Below, in pieces: positions 10,435-20,777 of a DNA stretch of 64,000 nucleotides. The notes beneath the pieces are model-generated. The model was not told the origin of the DNA and searched no databases. It saw only the letters and a program-made list of their open reading frames with translations. Source of the stretch: Fidelibacterota bacterium (GTDB lineage: Bacteria; Fidelibacterota; Fidelibacteria; Fidelibacterales; DSDE01); assembly GCA_046735395.1 (NCBI GenBank), contig JBJKQR010000078.1, forward strand, positions 1-64,000, given 5' to 3'. A program made the translations under genes and the position numbers. How positions within the stretch are numbered: position 1 is the stretch's first letter; the number at the start of each line of letters is the position of its first letter.

Positions 10435-11187
10435 ATGATGATCTATTACAAAACACAGCAGGAAATTGAAAAACTTCGTATGGCAGGACGCATTGTAAAT
10501 CAGACGCTTGTCGAGCTCGAAAAGTGGATCCGCCCCGGTGTGACCACCCGGAAGCTCGATCAGATTGCGGAAGATTTTATCCGTTCCCGGGGCGCAGTAC
10601 CCGGCTTCAAGGGATACAGCGGTTTTCCCGCCACCCTCTGTGTTTCAGTAAATGAGGAAGTTGTCCATGGTATTCCCGGTGACCGGGAACTTCGTGACGG
10701 TGATCTGGTCAGTGTGGACTGCGGAACGGTTCTGGACGGCTATTGGGGCGATCATGCCCGAAGCTTCCCTGTTGGCGAAGTTTCGGATGAGACGCTGAAG
10801 CTGCTGTCCGTAACGGAAGCGAGTCTCTATGCCGGAATCGAACAGGCACGAAGCGGCGCCCATCTCGGCGATATCGGAGCGGCCGTACAGAAAGTGGCCG
10901 AAGATGCCGGATTCAGCGTGGTTCGCTCGCTGGTCGGACATGGTGTGGGCCGCAATCTGCACGAAGAACCGCAGGTTCCCAACTATGGCAAATCCGGCCG
11001 CGGCCTCACACTGAAGCCCGGATTGGTCATCGCGATTGAACCTATGGTCAATATGGGAGATCATGATGTCTTTACGGACGAAGATGGCTGGACCATCATT
11101 GCCCGTGACAGACGGTCTTCCGCTCATTTCGAACATACGATCGCTATTACCGAAAACGGCCCTGAAATCCTTACAGACGGACATTGA
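10435..11187 (+). CDS. map: Type I methionine aminopeptidase
   Basis: SVNEEVVHGIP, GHGVG..LHEEP, IAIEPM and SAHFEHT motifs. Confidence 0.97.
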   Translation: MMIYYKTQQEIEKLRMAGRIVNQTLVELEKWIRPGVTTRKLDQIAEDFIRSRGAVPGFKGYSGFPATLCVSVNEEVVHGIPGDRELRDGDLVSVDCGTVLDGYWGDHARSFPVGEVSDETLKLLSVTEASLYAGIEQARSGAHLGDIGAAVQKVAEDAGFSVVRSLVGHGVGRNLHEEPQVPNYGKSGRGLTLKPGLVIAIEPMVNMGDHDVFTDEDGWTIIARDRRSSAHFEHTIAITENGPEILTDGH

Positions 11188-11190
11188 TCT

Positions 11191-11409
11191 ATGGCTAAAC
11201 AAAGTGCAATAAAAGTTGACGGAACGATCAAGGAAACCTTGCCCAATGCTTCATTCAAGGTTGAACTGGAAAACGGGCATGAAGTCCTTGCTCACATTTC
11301 GGGGAAGATGAGAATGCATTTCATCAAGATTCTCCCCGGTGATAAAGTGACACTTGAACTGTCACCCTATGATCTGTCCCGTGGACGTATAATTTACAGA
11401 TACAAGTAA
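11191..11409 (+). CDS. infA: Translation initiation factor IF-1
   Basis: [26 protein letters not shown] motif. Confidence 0.98.
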   Translation: MAKQSAIKVDGTIKETLPNASFKVELENGHEVLAHISGKMRMHFIKILPGDKVTLELSPYDLSRGRIIYRYK

Positions 11410-11422
11410 AAGGATAGTTGAA

Positions 11423-11536
11423 ATGAAAGTCAGAGCATCCGTTAAAAAAATGTGCGATAAATGCAAAATTATTAAACGTAACGGCGTTGTACGTGTGATT
11501 TGTGAGAACAAGAAGCACAAACAGAGACAAGGCTAA
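11423..11536 (+). CDS. rpmJ: 50S ribosomal protein L36 (37 aa, Zn-ribbon form; absent from the ORF track)
   Basis: Manual translation: [37 protein letters not shown]. Confidence 0.97.
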   Translation: MKVRASVKKMCDKCKIIKRNGVVRVICENKKHKQRQG

Positions 11537-11551
11537 GACAGGAGGAATGAT

Positions 11552-11923
11552 TTGGCACGTATAGCTGGGGTGGATCTGCCCCGTGACAAAAAAGTTAAAA
11601 TCGGCCTGACCTATATCTTCGGTATCGGCCAGTCGACCGCCAGGAAAATTTTAAGCAAGACTGATATTGATCCTGAAACGAGAATAAAGGACCTTAAAAC
11701 CGAGGAAGTCACCGTTCTTCGGAACATTATTTCTGATGAAATAAAGGTCGAAGGTGCTCTGAGAACAGAAGTGACCATGAACATCAAACGTCTCATGGAT
11801 ATCGGCTGTTACAGAGGGTTGAGACATCGTCGCGGTCTTCCGGTGCGCGGACAGAATACAAAAAATAATTCCCGCACCCGGAAAGGTAAGAAACGTATCG
11901 CCGTGGGTAAAAAGAAAAAATAA
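11552..11923 (+). CDS. rpsM: 30S ribosomal protein S13
   Basis: [10 protein letters not shown] and [15 protein letters not shown] motifs; TTG start. Confidence 0.98.
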   Translation: MARIAGVDLPRDKKVKIGLTYIFGIGQSTARKILSKTDIDPETRIKDLKTEEVTVLRNIISDEIKVEGALRTEVTMNIKRLMDIGCYRGLRHRRGLPVRGQNTKNNSRTRKGKKRIAVGKKKK

Positions 11924-11947
11924 CAGATTTCCTTCAGGAGGATAGCA

Positions 11948-12340
11948 TTGGCTAAGAAACCACAGATCAAGAAAAAGAAGAAAAAGGTAAAGGTAGACCC
12001 GGAAGGGATTGCTTTTATTAAGGCGACGTATAATAATACGATTATTACGCTGTCTGACAATTACGGGAATGCCATTTCCTGGGCTTCTGCCGGAAAAGCC
12101 GGCTTCAAGGGCTCAAGAAAGAGTACTCCCTATGCCGCCGGCCAGGCTGCCGAAGTTGCGGCAAAGGAAGCTATCGACGTGGGACTCGCCCGCGTTGAAG
12201 TACGTGTGAACGGCCCGGGTGGCGGACGTGAAATGGCGATCCGCTCACTGCAGATTGCAGGTCTCGAGATAACATCCATCAAAGATACAACCCCCATCCC
12301 CCACAACGGATGCAGACCGCCGAAACGGCGCAGAGTATAA
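11948..12340 (+). CDS. rpsK: 30S ribosomal protein S11
   Basis: [13 protein letters not shown] and [15 protein letters not shown] motifs; TTG start. Confidence 0.98.
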   Translation: MAKKPQIKKKKKKVKVDPEGIAFIKATYNNTIITLSDNYGNAISWASAGKAGFKGSRKSTPYAAGQAAEVAAKEAIDVGLARVEVRVNGPGGGREMAIRSLQIAGLEITSIKDTTPIPHNGCRPPKRRRV

Positions 12341-12355
12341 GAGGAGTAGAGTACT

Positions 12356-12967
12356 ATGGCAAGATATAGAGGTCCCAGAGGAAAAGTGTGTCGCCGGCTC
12401 GATGCTCCTGTTTTCGAGTCGCCCAAATTCGCCAACCCCCGGAAAAATTATCCTCCGGGAGAACATGGCCCGACGAACAGAGGCCGTCTCTCTGACTACG
12501 GTCTGCAGATGCGGGAAAAACAGAAAATCAAATACATGTACGGTGTTCTGGAAAAACAGTTCAGAAACTATTTCAAAAAGGCCGACCACAAAAAAGGGAT
12601 CACCGGACATAATCTGCTTCAGGCTCTCGAGTCAAGACTGGACAATGTCGTCTTCCGTCTCGGTTTTGCCCCGACACGCCGCGCTGCTCGCCAGCTTGTA
12701 TCCCATGGTCATATCATGGTTAATGGAAAAAACGTCAATATCCCCTCTTTCTCAGTCAAACCCAGTGATGAAATCCAGGTTCGCGACAGAAGCAAACGCA
12801 TGGAACTTATCCTGAATTCCATTAAAAAGATCAAGGGCGATCAGATTCTGCCCTGGCTCAAAATTGATAAAGCTAAATTGGTTGGTACGTTTGAACAGGT
12901 TCCGGAACGGACACAGATCCCGGAAGATATCAATGAACAACTCGTTGTCGAGCTTTACTCAAAATAA
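12356..12967 (+). CDS. rpsD: 30S ribosomal protein S4
   Basis: LESRLDNVVFRLGF..TRRAARQLVSHGH and VVELYSK motifs. Confidence 0.98.
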   Translation: MARYRGPRGKVCRRLDAPVFESPKFANPRKNYPPGEHGPTNRGRLSDYGLQMREKQKIKYMYGVLEKQFRNYFKKADHKKGITGHNLLQALESRLDNVVFRLGFAPTRRAARQLVSHGHIMVNGKNVNIPSFSVKPSDEIQVRDRSKRMELILNSIKKIKGDQILPWLKIDKAKLVGTFEQVPERTQIPEDINEQLVVELYSK

Positions 12968-12980
12968 GAGGTGAGGATTA

Positions 12981-13964
12981 ATGCCAAATTTTCAAATCCC
13001 CAATAAAGTCCAGATCGATGCTGATTCCAGCAGCGACAATTACGGGCGTTTTGTCATCGAACCGCTGGAGCGCGGTTTCGGGACAACACTGGGAACTTCC
13101 CTGCGCCGGACCCTGCTGTCCTCCATTCCCGGAGCAGCCATCACGGCTGTGCGCTTCGAAGGAATTCTTCACGAATTTTCCAGTGTACCCGGTGTTCTGG
13201 AAGATGTAACGCATATCATTCTCAATCTGAAACAGGTCAAGGTTAACCTGGTTGATTCCAAACCCATCCGTCTTTCCCTCAAACTGAAAGGCCCCATTCA
13301 GGTTACTGCCGGCCTTCTCAACGGGGGAAATCCGAATGTTGAGATCATGAACCCCGATCTTCACATCATGAGTATCGAGGAAGCCATTGAAATCAATATG
13401 GACATCCGGATCGGCCGTGGACGCGGATACCATTCCGCCGAACTGAATAAAACCGCCGATGCACCGCTGGACACCATCTTCATTGATTCCATTTTTTCGC
13501 CCATTGAAAAAGTGAATTTCAGTGTCGAGGCGCTTCAGTCCGGTGTGAAGGAAGGCCTGGAGAAACTGACAGTGGAAGTGCACACAGACGGTTCCATGTC
13601 TCCGGATGATTCCATCTCCTACGCGGCCAAACTTCTTTCCGATCACATTCGCCCCTTCGTCGCTCTGCTCTCTTCGGATATCATTGAACCGGAGCTGCAG
13701 GTGGATGAGGACAAGATGCGCATCAAACGGCAGCTGGAACGCAGTATTGATGAACTGGAACTTTCAGTCCGGTCCTACAATTGCCTGCAGGCTGCTCAGA
13801 TCAAGACCATCTCTGATCTGGTCTCCAAGGAGGAGAATGAAATGCTGCGCTTCAAGAATTTCGGCCGGAAATCGCTCAATGAGCTGATTGCCAAGCTGGA
13901 TGAGCTGGGCCTGCGTTTCGGAATGGACCTGAGTGAATACGTTAAAGACTCCCTAAAGAAATAG
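12981..13964 (+). CDS. rpoA: RNA polymerase alpha subunit
   Basis: [22 protein letters not shown] and [16 protein letters not shown] motifs. Confidence 0.98.
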   Translation: MPNFQIPNKVQIDADSSSDNYGRFVIEPLERGFGTTLGTSLRRTLLSSIPGAAITAVRFEGILHEFSSVPGVLEDVTHIILNLKQVKVNLVDSKPIRLSLKLKGPIQVTAGLLNGGNPNVEIMNPDLHIMSIEEAIEINMDIRIGRGRGYHSAELNKTADAPLDTIFIDSIFSPIEKVNFSVEALQSGVKEGLEKLTVEVHTDGSMSPDDSISYAAKLLSDHIRPFVALLSSDIIEPELQVDEDKMRIKRQLERSIDELELSVRSYNCLQAAQIKTISDLVSKEENEMLRFKNFGRKSLNELIAKLDELGLRFGMDLSEYVKDSLKK

Positions 13965-13974
13965 AGATTTTACT

Positions 13975-14652
13975 ATGAGACACGGAAAAAAAATAAAAAA
14001 ACTGGGCAAATCTGCCAGTCATCGCCGCGCAATGTTTGCCAATATGGCTGCGTCACTGATTCAGCACAAGCGTATCAAAACGACAGAAGCCAAGGCGAAG
14101 GAAGCACGCCGCGTTATTGAACGGCTCATTACCTACGGCAAGAATGATACAACTCACAGCCGTCGGCTTGCTTTCGCCATCCTGCGGCAGAAAGATGTTG
14201 TCAAAGCACTTTTCGAAGAAATCGCACCGGTATACAAAACCCGCGCAGGCGGATATACCCGGATCTACAAACTGGGCCGCCGTCCCAACGATGCAGCCAA
14301 AGTTGTTCTTCTGGAACTTGTTGATTTTCTGGGTACGGAAAAGACCGCGAAAAAGAAAGCAGCTCCCGAAAAGACCAAGGCAAAGGCTGCTGCAGCCGAA
14401 GTGGTAACGGAAACTGCTGAAAAGGAAACGGCAGCTTCCGAAGATAAACCGGCTAAAGCGACGAAAGCCAAAAGCAAGGCCAAGCCCAAAACGACCAAAG
14501 CTGCTGCCAAACCTGAAGCCGCCGCGGAAGAAGAAGCGGCTGCGCCTGCTGAGGAACCTGTAAAGGTGGAAGAAACTGTCTCCGAAACTTCTGAAACTCC
14601 GGTGGACGATTCTGAAACAGCTGTTGAACCCGAAGACAAAAAGGAAGACTGA
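13975..14652 (+). CDS. rplQ: 50S ribosomal protein L17 with long low-complexity C-terminal tail
   Basis: MRHGKK..LG...HR.AM and GGYTRI motifs; followed by a roughly 105-aa K/A/E-rich tail. Confidence 0.97.
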   Translation: MRHGKKIKKLGKSASHRRAMFANMAASLIQHKRIKTTEAKAKEARRVIERLITYGKNDTTHSRRLAFAILRQKDVVKALFEEIAPVYKTRAGGYTRIYKLGRRPNDAAKVVLLELVDFLGTEKTAKKKAAPEKTKAKAAAAEVVTETAEKETAASEDKPAKATKAKSKAKPKTTKAAAKPEAAAEEEAAAPAEEPVKVEETVSETSETPVDDSETAVEPEDKKED

Positions 14653-14692
14653 CGCCCCGCGAAAGCCTTTCTTCTTAATTCATGTCAGATTC

Positions 14693-15817
14693 ATGATAAA
14701 CAGGGCAGTGCTGATCGCTGCCCTGTTCTGCTTTCCCGGTATTATTTCACTGGCGAAGGCGGATACGTCGCTCTGGGTAACCCGTGAATATGCCACCTCT
14801 GCTCAGCGTATCGATGAAGTCATGGATTTCTGTTCCGAACATCATATTAAAAATGTATTTCTTCAGATCCGGGGCCGGGGCGATGCCTTTTATGAATCCC
14901 GTTTCATTGCAAAATCCTCCATGATTCAGGATGCGGATTTTGATCCGCTGGCCTATGCCTGTACGGCTGCTCATCAGCGGAATCTGAAACTTCACGCCTG
15001 GTTCAATACCTATATCCTGTATTCCAGTACCCAGATTCCACCTCCGGATGATCACGTATACAACCTCTTTCCCGAATGGACATCGATGGATATCAATGGC
15101 TTTGACGATTCCAGTCTTTCACTGAATCGCTACCGAAACCGGAATTTCGAGGGCTGTTACCTGTCGCCGGTTCATCCCAAGGTAAATCAGTATCTCTTCA
15201 TTCTTATCCGTGAGATTGTGGATAATTACCCCATTGACGGAATCCACCTGGATTATATCCGGTTCCAGAATCGGGATTATGGCTTCAATGCTGCGGGACG
15301 ACGGGCTTTCAGGGATGAGACCGGTATTGATCCGACGGCTTACATGCTGGATGATCCGGATGTATCAAAAAAAATTCCCGACGAAATGTTCTTCGAGTTG
15401 TATGATACCTATCGCATGGATGCGGTGAATGCCCTGGTGAAACGGGTGAAATCGTATCTGAACCGTCAGCTTTCACCCATTCAGCTGTCAGCCGCCGTAA
15501 AACCGCAGCCGAATCTGGCTAAGGAGGAATTCTTTCAGGACTGGCGCCACTGGCTGGATGAATCCTGGGTGGACTTTGTTGTGATCATGAATTACAACAC
15601 CTATGATAATTATGTGAAAAATATAGATTTTATCTACACCAGCTTCGATGAGAAATATCTGGATAAAATTCATTGCGGCATCGGCATCTGGAAACTTCCG
15701 CCCTCTGAGGCGAATCGTGAAATCACCTACAGCAACGTTATGGGTTTTCGGAATATTGCCTATTTCTCGTATACTACTTTTCTGGATAATCCGGATTACG
15801 TGCTGGAAGTGAAATAA
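14693..15817 (+). CDS. Exported glycosyl hydrolase-like 10 (DUF187/GHL10) family protein
   Basis: Signal-like N-terminus; QIRGRGDAFYES, DFDPL, LHAWFN, YPIDGIHLDYIR and QDW..W motifs. Confidence 0.8.
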   Translation: MINRAVLIAALFCFPGIISLAKADTSLWVTREYATSAQRIDEVMDFCSEHHIKNVFLQIRGRGDAFYESRFIAKSSMIQDADFDPLAYACTAAHQRNLKLHAWFNTYILYSSTQIPPPDDHVYNLFPEWTSMDINGFDDSSLSLNRYRNRNFEGCYLSPVHPKVNQYLFILIREIVDNYPIDGIHLDYIRFQNRDYGFNAAGRRAFRDETGIDPTAYMLDDPDVSKKIPDEMFFELYDTYRMDAVNALVKRVKSYLNRQLSPIQLSAAVKPQPNLAKEEFFQDWRHWLDESWVDFVVIMNYNTYDNYVKNIDFIYTSFDEKYLDKIHCGIGIWKLPPSEANREITYSNVMGFRNIAYFSYTTFLDNPDYVLEVK

Positions 15818-15868
15818 ACTTCCCGGCTATTTCATTCCTAAACATTTCACGGGCCGACCGAACAATGC

Positions 15869-15897
15869 TTTATAATTCCGGCGCATTCAGTTAAATT
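15869..15897 (+). promoter_or_regulatory. Putative sigma70-type promoter for hutU
   Basis: TTTATA-17 bp-TAAATT about 33 nt upstream of the ATG; GGAGGT SD. Confidence 0.4.
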
Positions 15898-15930
15898 ATG
15901 TCGGATGGAAAAACTGATCGGAGGTATGCT

Positions 15931-17601
15931 ATGAGACGAATCATCACACCACCCACCGGGACAACTCTCACCTGTAAGAACTGGCAGATTGAAGCGGCAT
16001 ACCGCATGATACAGCACAATCTTCATCCTGATAATGCGGAAAACCCGGATGAACTGATCGTCTATGGCGGAACGGGCCGGGCAGCCAGAAGCTGGGAGGC
16101 ATTTGATACCATCCTCCGAATGCTGAAGGATCTGGAACCTGACGAGACTCTGCTTGTGCAGAGCGGGAAAGCGGTGGGGATCCTGAAAACCCATAGCGAT
16201 GCACCGCGGGTGCTTATTGCAAATTCGAATCTCGTGGGCAACTGGGCCAATTGGTCCTATTTCAATGAACTGGAGAAAAAAGGCCTCATCATGTATGCCC
16301 AGATGACAGCCGGATCCTGGATATATATCGGAACCCAGGGTATTCTTCAGGGAACCTATGAAACCTTTGCCGAAGCTGCCAGACAGTATTTCGGCGGAAC
16401 CCTGAAGGGGCGGACGGTTCTGACAGCCGGCCTGGGAGGGATGGGAGGCGCTCAGCCTCTGGCCGCCGTATTCAATGGTGCCGCGGTTCTCTGTGTGGAA
16501 GTGGATGCCGATCGCATCCGTAAACGCATCGGCACTGCTTACCTCGATAAATCCACTGATGAGCTGGAAACAGCGCTGGCCTGGATTCACGATGCGAAGG
16601 AGAAGGGAGACGCGCTGTCGGTGGGCTTGCTGGGGAATGCCTCGGACATCCTGCCTCAGATTGCTGATCGGAAAATAATGTTTGATATCGTGACGGATCA
16701 GACGTCAGCCCACGATGAACTGAACGGCTATGTTCCCGGGGCCATGTCCTATGAGGATGCTCTGGCTCTGCGAAAGTCTGACCCCGATGAATATGTGCGG
16801 AAAAGCATTGCCTCCATGGGACGGCATGTGTCCGCCATGCTGGATATGCAGAAATCCGGCTCGGTGGTCTTTGATTACGGAAATAATATCCGGACACAGG
16901 CAGCCAAAGCAGGCGTCGACAATGTCTATGATATTCCCGGCTTTGTCCCGGCCTTCATCCGTCCGCAGTTTGAAGAGGGGAGAGGTCCCTTCCGATGGGT
17001 TGCGCTGAGCGGTGATCCGGAAGATATTTATACGACAGACAGAGAAATTCTCAAGCTTTTTCCTCATGATGAGTCCCTGCGGAACTGGATTACCAAGGCA
17101 CAGCAGAAGGTGAAATTTCAGGGACTTCCATCCCGTATCTGCTGGCTGGGTTACGGAGAACGGGATAAGGCGGGCCTCATGTTCAATGATCTGGTCCGCA
17201 GCGGCAAAGTGAAAGCTCCGATCGTGATCGGACGTGATCATCTGGATGCCGGATCCGTGGCCAGTCCCTACCGTGAAACGGAAGCGATGAAGGACGGAAG
17301 TGATGCCATCGCCGACTGGCCTATCCTGAATGCGCTGGTTTCCGCAGTCAGCGGCGCCACCTGGACCTCCTTTCACCATGGCGGTGGCGTGGGCATCGGA
17401 TACAGTCTGCATGCCGGTGTGGTGATTGTTGCCGACGGCAGTGATGACGCGGCAGTCAGACTGAAACGCGTTCTGACGAATGATCCGGCGCTGGGCGTGA
17501 TCCGCCACGCAGATGCCGGTTATGAAAAGGCAGCCCGGATCGCCAGGGAGCGGGGAGTTCTGATTCCCGGTATCAATGAACAGCGGGGCCGAAATATTTA
17601 A
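15931..17601 (+). CDS. hutU: Urocanate hydratase
   Basis: [30 protein letters not shown] and IGRDHLD motifs; ATG 15931 after the GGAGG SD. Confidence 0.97.
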   Translation: MRRIITPPTGTTLTCKNWQIEAAYRMIQHNLHPDNAENPDELIVYGGTGRAARSWEAFDTILRMLKDLEPDETLLVQSGKAVGILKTHSDAPRVLIANSNLVGNWANWSYFNELEKKGLIMYAQMTAGSWIYIGTQGILQGTYETFAEAARQYFGGTLKGRTVLTAGLGGMGGAQPLAAVFNGAAVLCVEVDADRIRKRIGTAYLDKSTDELETALAWIHDAKEKGDALSVGLLGNASDILPQIADRKIMFDIVTDQTSAHDELNGYVPGAMSYEDALALRKSDPDEYVRKSIASMGRHVSAMLDMQKSGSVVFDYGNNIRTQAAKAGVDNVYDIPGFVPAFIRPQFEEGRGPFRWVALSGDPEDIYTTDREILKLFPHDESLRNWITKAQQKVKFQGLPSRICWLGYGERDKAGLMFNDLVRSGKVKAPIVIGRDHLDAGSVASPYRETEAMKDGSDAIADWPILNALVSAVSGATWTSFHHGGGVGIGYSLHAGVVIVADGSDDAAVRLKRVLTNDPALGVIRHADAGYEKAARIARERGVLIPGINEQRGRNI

Positions 17602-17626
17602 TGGATCCTATCATAGAAAGGACGGG

Positions 17627-18064
17627 ATGATGAAACTGGAATTGACGGAAAAGGAATATGAAACGCTGGTGAAGATGGTTTATGCCGGCAACTGGATGAT
17701 CAATGGTCTGCGGGATGATACCATTGATGAATTTCTGGACCTCGAACAGAAAATATTTCTGTCCTCCCGGGAACTGAAGGGTGGAACCCAGCTGCTCAAA
17801 TGGGACAAGAAATACGAAAATTATCTTCCGTCCGAAAAAATGGAAGATGTGATGGACGAACTGATTGATGAGTACGATGAACAGATATTCTGGAATGAAC
17901 TCATTCAGCGGCTGGCGTCCAGGGATATTCTCGACCGTTTTGGTGATGAAGCCGTGGAGGCGATGAGCGAGGTGGAGGAATCGGAGCATATTGCGGAGTA
18001 TTCCCAGACCTATTCGGATGAATTCGAAAATAACGGAATTCGAAATCTTGTCGTGAAATCCTGA
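17627..18064 (+). CDS. Hypothetical acidic protein
   Basis: Clean ORF filling the hutU-hutI gap; AAGGA SD; D/E-rich helical sequence. Confidence 0.75.
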   Translation: MMKLELTEKEYETLVKMVYAGNWMINGLRDDTIDEFLDLEQKIFLSSRELKGGTQLLKWDKKYENYLPSEKMEDVMDELIDEYDEQIFWNELIQRLASRDILDRFGDEAVEAMSEVEESEHIAEYSQTYSDEFENNGIRNLVVKS

Positions 18065-18094
18065 GCATCTTATTCAAATTTCCTGAAATAAGCT

Positions 18095-19318
18095 GTGAAA
18101 CTGAAAATTGAACAACTTTCCCAGATTCTCACCTGGGATACGGTCCGGGCTTCAATGGTATCCATCCCGGATACGTCGCTGCTCATTGAGGATGGCCGCA
18201 TTTCCGTCATCGCTCCAGAAATTACCGCAAAGACGGATATTACGGTGGATGGCCGCGGAAAAGTCCTGACGGCAGGATTGATTGACTCACATACCCATCC
18301 GATCTTTGCCCGAACCCGCGAGCAGGAATTTGTCATGCGGATTCAGGGTAAATCCTATCTGGAGATCGCGGCAGCAGGCGGAGGCATACGCAATTCTGTC
18401 CGGGAGCTGCGGGCTCTGTCCGAGGACGGGCTCTTTGATGTCTGTCTCCCGCGGATGCAGGGTTTCATTCCGCTCGGAACGACCACAATCGAAGCAAAAA
18501 GCGGGTATGGGCTGAGCTCGGAGGATGAGCTGAAGTCCCTCAGAGTTATTCATCGCCTCAATGAAGTTCTGGATATTGATCTGGTTGCGACCTTTCTGGG
18601 TGCGCACGAAATTCCGGATGAATACGAGCAGGATCGCAGCGGATATGTTGATTTAATCTGTAATGAAATGCTGCCTAAGGTTTGTGAAAATGATCTGGCC
18701 GTTTTTTGTGATGTGTTTTCCGAAGCGACGGTTTTTTCGTTGGCTGAAACCCGGAAAATATTTGAGACGGCGCAGCAGTATGGATTGAAGCTGCGGGTTC
18801 ATGCCGATGAATTTGAAAGTATCGGTGCGACGGAACTGGCAGCGGAAATGGGCGCGGCGTCGGCAGATCATCTGCTGGCTGTCACCGATGCGGGAATCCG
18901 CGCTCTTGCAGAGTCGGGAACGGTCGCGACCCTTCTTCCGGGAACGGCTTTTTTCCTGGGGCACAAGGACTATGCTCCCGGACGAAAACTGATTGACAGC
19001 GGTGTCCGGATTGCGCTGGCTACCGATTTCAATCCCGGATCCTCCATGACACAGAACCTGCAGATGATCATGAGTATCGCCTGTACGCAGATGGGATTGA
19101 CGCCCCATGAGGTTCTGCAGGCAACCACCATCAATGCGGCACTTTCTCTCGGCCTGGACAGGGAACTCGGCTCTGTGGAGGCCGGGAAACGCGCGGATCT
19201 TGTGCTCTGGGATGTGGACGATTTTTCGCTGGTGCCCTATTGGTTCGGAATGAATCATGTTTATAAGGTTTTTAAAGATGGTCGAATCGTATATGCCGCT
19301 CCGGATGTGACCGGATGA
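18095..19318 (+). CDS. hutI: Imidazolonepropionase
   Basis: DSHTHPIF, GTTTIEAKSGYGL, TFLGAH, HADE and ATDFNPGSS motifs. Confidence 0.96.
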   Translation: MKLKIEQLSQILTWDTVRASMVSIPDTSLLIEDGRISVIAPEITAKTDITVDGRGKVLTAGLIDSHTHPIFARTREQEFVMRIQGKSYLEIAAAGGGIRNSVRELRALSEDGLFDVCLPRMQGFIPLGTTTIEAKSGYGLSSEDELKSLRVIHRLNEVLDIDLVATFLGAHEIPDEYEQDRSGYVDLICNEMLPKVCENDLAVFCDVFSEATVFSLAETRKIFETAQQYGLKLRVHADEFESIGATELAAEMGAASADHLLAVTDAGIRALAESGTVATLLPGTAFFLGHKDYAPGRKLIDSGVRIALATDFNPGSSMTQNLQMIMSIACTQMGLTPHEVLQATTINAALSLGLDRELGSVEAGKRADLVLWDVDDFSLVPYWFGMNHVYKVFKDGRIVYAAPDVTG

Positions 19319-19380
19319 CAGGTGCGGCAATAAAAAAATATCGGCAGGATCCCACAGCCCGGCCTTCGGAGGATGGTTAA

Positions 19381-20247
19381 ATGAAACAGTACCTCGATCT
19401 CGTCAACTATGTTCTGGAGAATGGAACGAGGCAGGTGAACCGTACCGGCGTCGCCACGCTGTCAAGCTTTGCCTATTTCTATCGGGTAAATCTTCAGGAC
19501 GGATATCCCCTGCTGACGACAAAAAAAATGTATTTCAATTCCATGCTCCGTGAGATGCTCTGGTATCTCAGCGGTGACGCTCATATCCGGGAACTGCGGA
19601 AGCATACCGGGATCTGGGACGCCTGGGCGGATGAGGATGGCCGGCTGGAAACGGCGTACGGACGCTTCTGGAGACGCTTCCCGGTTCCTGAAAATGGCAG
19701 GGTTGACGGGGAGAACTGGGGTAAAAAATGGATACGCCGCGATGCGGAAACCGGCGGCCTGGTTTTTGACCAGATTGCCTTTGTTATTGATACGCTCAAT
19801 GAAATTAAAATCAACCCGTCCACACCCAACCGCCGCCGCATGGTGGTATCGGCATGGCATCCGGGCAATGCGGCGGAGAGCAAACTGCCGCCCTGTCATT
19901 ATACCTACGCCTTCAATGTAAATGGAAACAAACTGAATTGTCACCTGACTCAGCGAAGCGGTGATATTGCTCTCGGTGTACCCTTCAATCTGGCCTGCTA
20001 CAGCCTTCTGACCATTCTGCTTGCGAAACAGACCGGCTATGAACCCGGTGAATTTGCCCACACCATCATTGATGCGCATATTTATGAAAATCATATTTCC
20101 GGACTGAAGGAGCAGCTGAAACGCGCTCCCATGCCGCTGCCCAGTCTGGAGATTGCGGACCGTCGTCTGGAAGATCTGAAGTTTGAAGATGTGGAATTGA
20201 AGGATTATCAGTCCCATCCCGTTCTGAAATTTGATGTGGCGGTCTGA
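19381..20247 (+). CDS. thyA: Thymidylate synthase ThyA
   Basis: NRTG, PLLTTKK, LPPCH, QRSGD..LGVPFN and DAHIYENH motifs. Confidence 0.96.
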   Translation: MKQYLDLVNYVLENGTRQVNRTGVATLSSFAYFYRVNLQDGYPLLTTKKMYFNSMLREMLWYLSGDAHIRELRKHTGIWDAWADEDGRLETAYGRFWRRFPVPENGRVDGENWGKKWIRRDAETGGLVFDQIAFVIDTLNEIKINPSTPNRRRMVVSAWHPGNAAESKLPPCHYTYAFNVNGNKLNCHLTQRSGDIALGVPFNLACYSLLTILLAKQTGYEPGEFAHTIIDAHIYENHISGLKEQLKRAPMPLPSLEIADRRLEDLKFEDVELKDYQSHPVLKFDVAV

Positions 20248-20741
20248 TGAATTTCCCTTCCAAAGTCCTGCGGCCTGAATATATCATTATTGCCGGTATC
20301 GCGCGTAACGGAGTGATCGGGAAGGGTATGGCCCTGCCTTGGAAGGTTCCCGGGGACATGAAGCTTTTCAGGGAGCTGACGATGGGGCATCCGGTGGTTA
20401 TGGGCCGGAAAACCTGGGAAAGTATGGGGCAGATCCCGCTGCCGGGACGTCAGAATATTATCATCAGCCGGTCGCTGCGGGCAACGGAAAACGCGTGGGT
20501 ACTGCCGGATCTCGGGAAGCTTTCCGAGGTTCTGCCTGCTGATACGGAACGGGTGTTTTTTATCGGTGGCGCTGTTCTCTATGCGGAAGCGCTGAAAATC
20601 GTCCATACTCTCTATCTCTCCGAAATGCACTTCGATGCGGAGGGGGATACCACTTTTCCCGCCTGGGATCGGACGCAATGGCGGCTTGAAGAAAAACGGG
20701 CCTATGACCGTTTTGATTTCTGTATCTACCGGAGAAAATAA
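20247..20741 (+). CDS. folA: Dihydrofolate reductase
   Basis: NGVIG...LPW, MGRKTWES, PLPGRQN, IGG and GDT.FP motifs; coupled to thyA. Confidence 0.95.
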   Translation: MNFPSKVLRPEYIIIAGIARNGVIGKGMALPWKVPGDMKLFRELTMGHPVVMGRKTWESMGQIPLPGRQNIIISRSLRATENAWVLPDLGKLSEVLPADTERVFFIGGAVLYAEALKIVHTLYLSEMHFDAEGDTTFPAWDRTQWRLEEKRAYDRFDFCIYRRK

Positions 20742-20777
20742 ATTATTGGACCGCAAAACCTAAATTTGTGACGGGAA

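Noticed and set aside
10427..10435. adk missing between secY and map
   Set aside because: A common arrangement in Bacteroidota-related lineages; useful taxonomically but not novel
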